A stretch of DNA of 63,549 nucleotides, counting the filler, from Hausera hauseri (taxonomy: Eukaryota), in NCBI GenBank assembly GCA_046269625.1. It is 11 parts of 11 records of this genome, joined end to end, with 100 filler letters (N's around TTAATTAATTAA, not from the genome) between each part and the next. Parts side by side here need not be neighbours in the genome. Positions count along the whole stretch, not along the records: positions 59,589 to 63,549 come from JBJURY010856300.1; 10 more parts are not named here. One strand, written 5' to 3'. Below are positions 62,501 to 63,549 of this stretch, piece by piece; the first letter of the stretch is position 1; each line of letters opens with the position of its first letter. A program made the translations under genes and the position numbers. The notes beneath the pieces are model-generated. The model saw only the letters and a program-made list of their open reading frames with translations, made no database searches and was not told where the DNA came from.

Positions 62501-63537
62501 ATGGCAAAAAGATGTAATTGTCAAACTAACAGATTATCACCAAATAGGACTCATCGACTCTAACGAATTCGGAGAATTACTGAAAATGATCCAATATGCC
62601 TGCGGAAATGGAGTAGGTTTCCGAACTACGCAGATGAAAGAAATACAACCCAAGTTGAAAGAAATCCGAGAAAACGTGCAAAGAACAAATGTAGCATTAA
62701 CAGACGCTGGGCTCCCAGATGTCGGAAACGAGGCAGAATGGAATGCATACTTTGATGCAATACTAGCCGAGAAACTTATGACTCCAGTGCAATTAAATGA
62801 GATAGAACCGTGCCCGCAGAACAGGATATTTAATGTGGAGATACTTCTGGATTCAGCGCTAACTGAAAAAGATTTAATCGAACTAATTAGCGTAAATATT
62901 ACTGAAAATAAATTAAGACAACTTATTCCAACTTTAACTAAATTATCTAGTGTGAATAAAATTTATAGCACGGTGCCGAAACTTTTGATAAGGAAATACG
63001 CTAAAACTTTAAGGACTAAACCAGAAGTAGCGATGAAAGTAATGCTATCGTCCGAGTGGATGGATGAAAAAGTATGCGAGCTAACTACACATTCTTATGT
63101 ATGAGACGTAAGAGAATGGTTATTAAATAATGGCGGAATGAATGAGCTAAATTATTGATTTTACTTTAGAGGTAGAATCCTCTACGACCTAAAACAACTA
63201 ATAAATGTCGGGATTATTCCCGATGAGACAAACCGGATAGTAGCAGTAATAGCTGATGAAAAGGCAAAAGAAGAAGCCACACGGAAGGCAAAAGCGGAAC
63301 AATGGTTAGGACAAATTATGGGAGTCCGAGATGCTTCAATGTATTTTGAGTACTTACAAACAGATGAAGATAAGAAACAATACGATATAAATTTAGTACC
63401 ACCGAGTGAAATAACCGCTGAAGGCCAAAAGCCAAAACGTCCAGTAGGTAGACCTAAAAACGCGAGAAGTAGACTACAACGGAGAATTGATTAGAGAATT
63501 GAAACAGATGTCGATTCTGACTCTCAGTCCGGATAAT
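59589..63537 (+). mobile_element. LTR retrotransposon gag (capsid C-terminus, N/R/D-rich linker, CCHC knuckle) with a very long decayed C-terminal extension
   Basis: CFTCGKERHISWSC. Homologous to the PBS-bearing element at 10150-12892. Overlapping + strand ORFs continue for about 3.3 kb to TAATAA near 63535. Confidence 0.75.
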
Positions 63538-63549
63538 AAAGAATTAAAC

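Overview
This is not one locus. It is 11 short contigs of an AT-rich invertebrate-animal assembly, joined by artificial 100-nt spacers (44 N + TTAATTAATTAA + 44 N), so adjacency across spacers means nothing. Most of the content is decayed mobile DNA: two Polinton/Maverick-like protein-primed DNA polymerase B pseudogenes (one split by a complete DD37D Tc1/mariner element and followed by a packaging-ATPase remnant), RTE LINE fragments, a tRNA-headed Deu/Nin-type SINE, several Ty3/Gypsy elements and a 9.5-kb CT-rich satellite. There is one apparently intact host gene segment, two exons of a giant acidic repeat protein. The most interesting signals concern three related Gypsy elements with CHCC Gag (CsRn1/Kabuki/Boudicca-like). 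(1) Their Gag is preceded by a ubiquitin-like domain ending in LRGG/IRGG. (2) Instead of matching LTRs, they are embedded in chains of intronless, decayed, same-strand host-gene fragments (CFAP46, TRIO, ALG10, FDXACB1, DMXL, NUP98) interleaved with LTR-U5/tRNA-Leu primer-binding sites, which suggests large-scale mRNA capture by RT template switching. A second LTR family has a Gag with an unexplained extension of more than 1000 codons. All family calls come from motif recognition by eye; no database searches were run.
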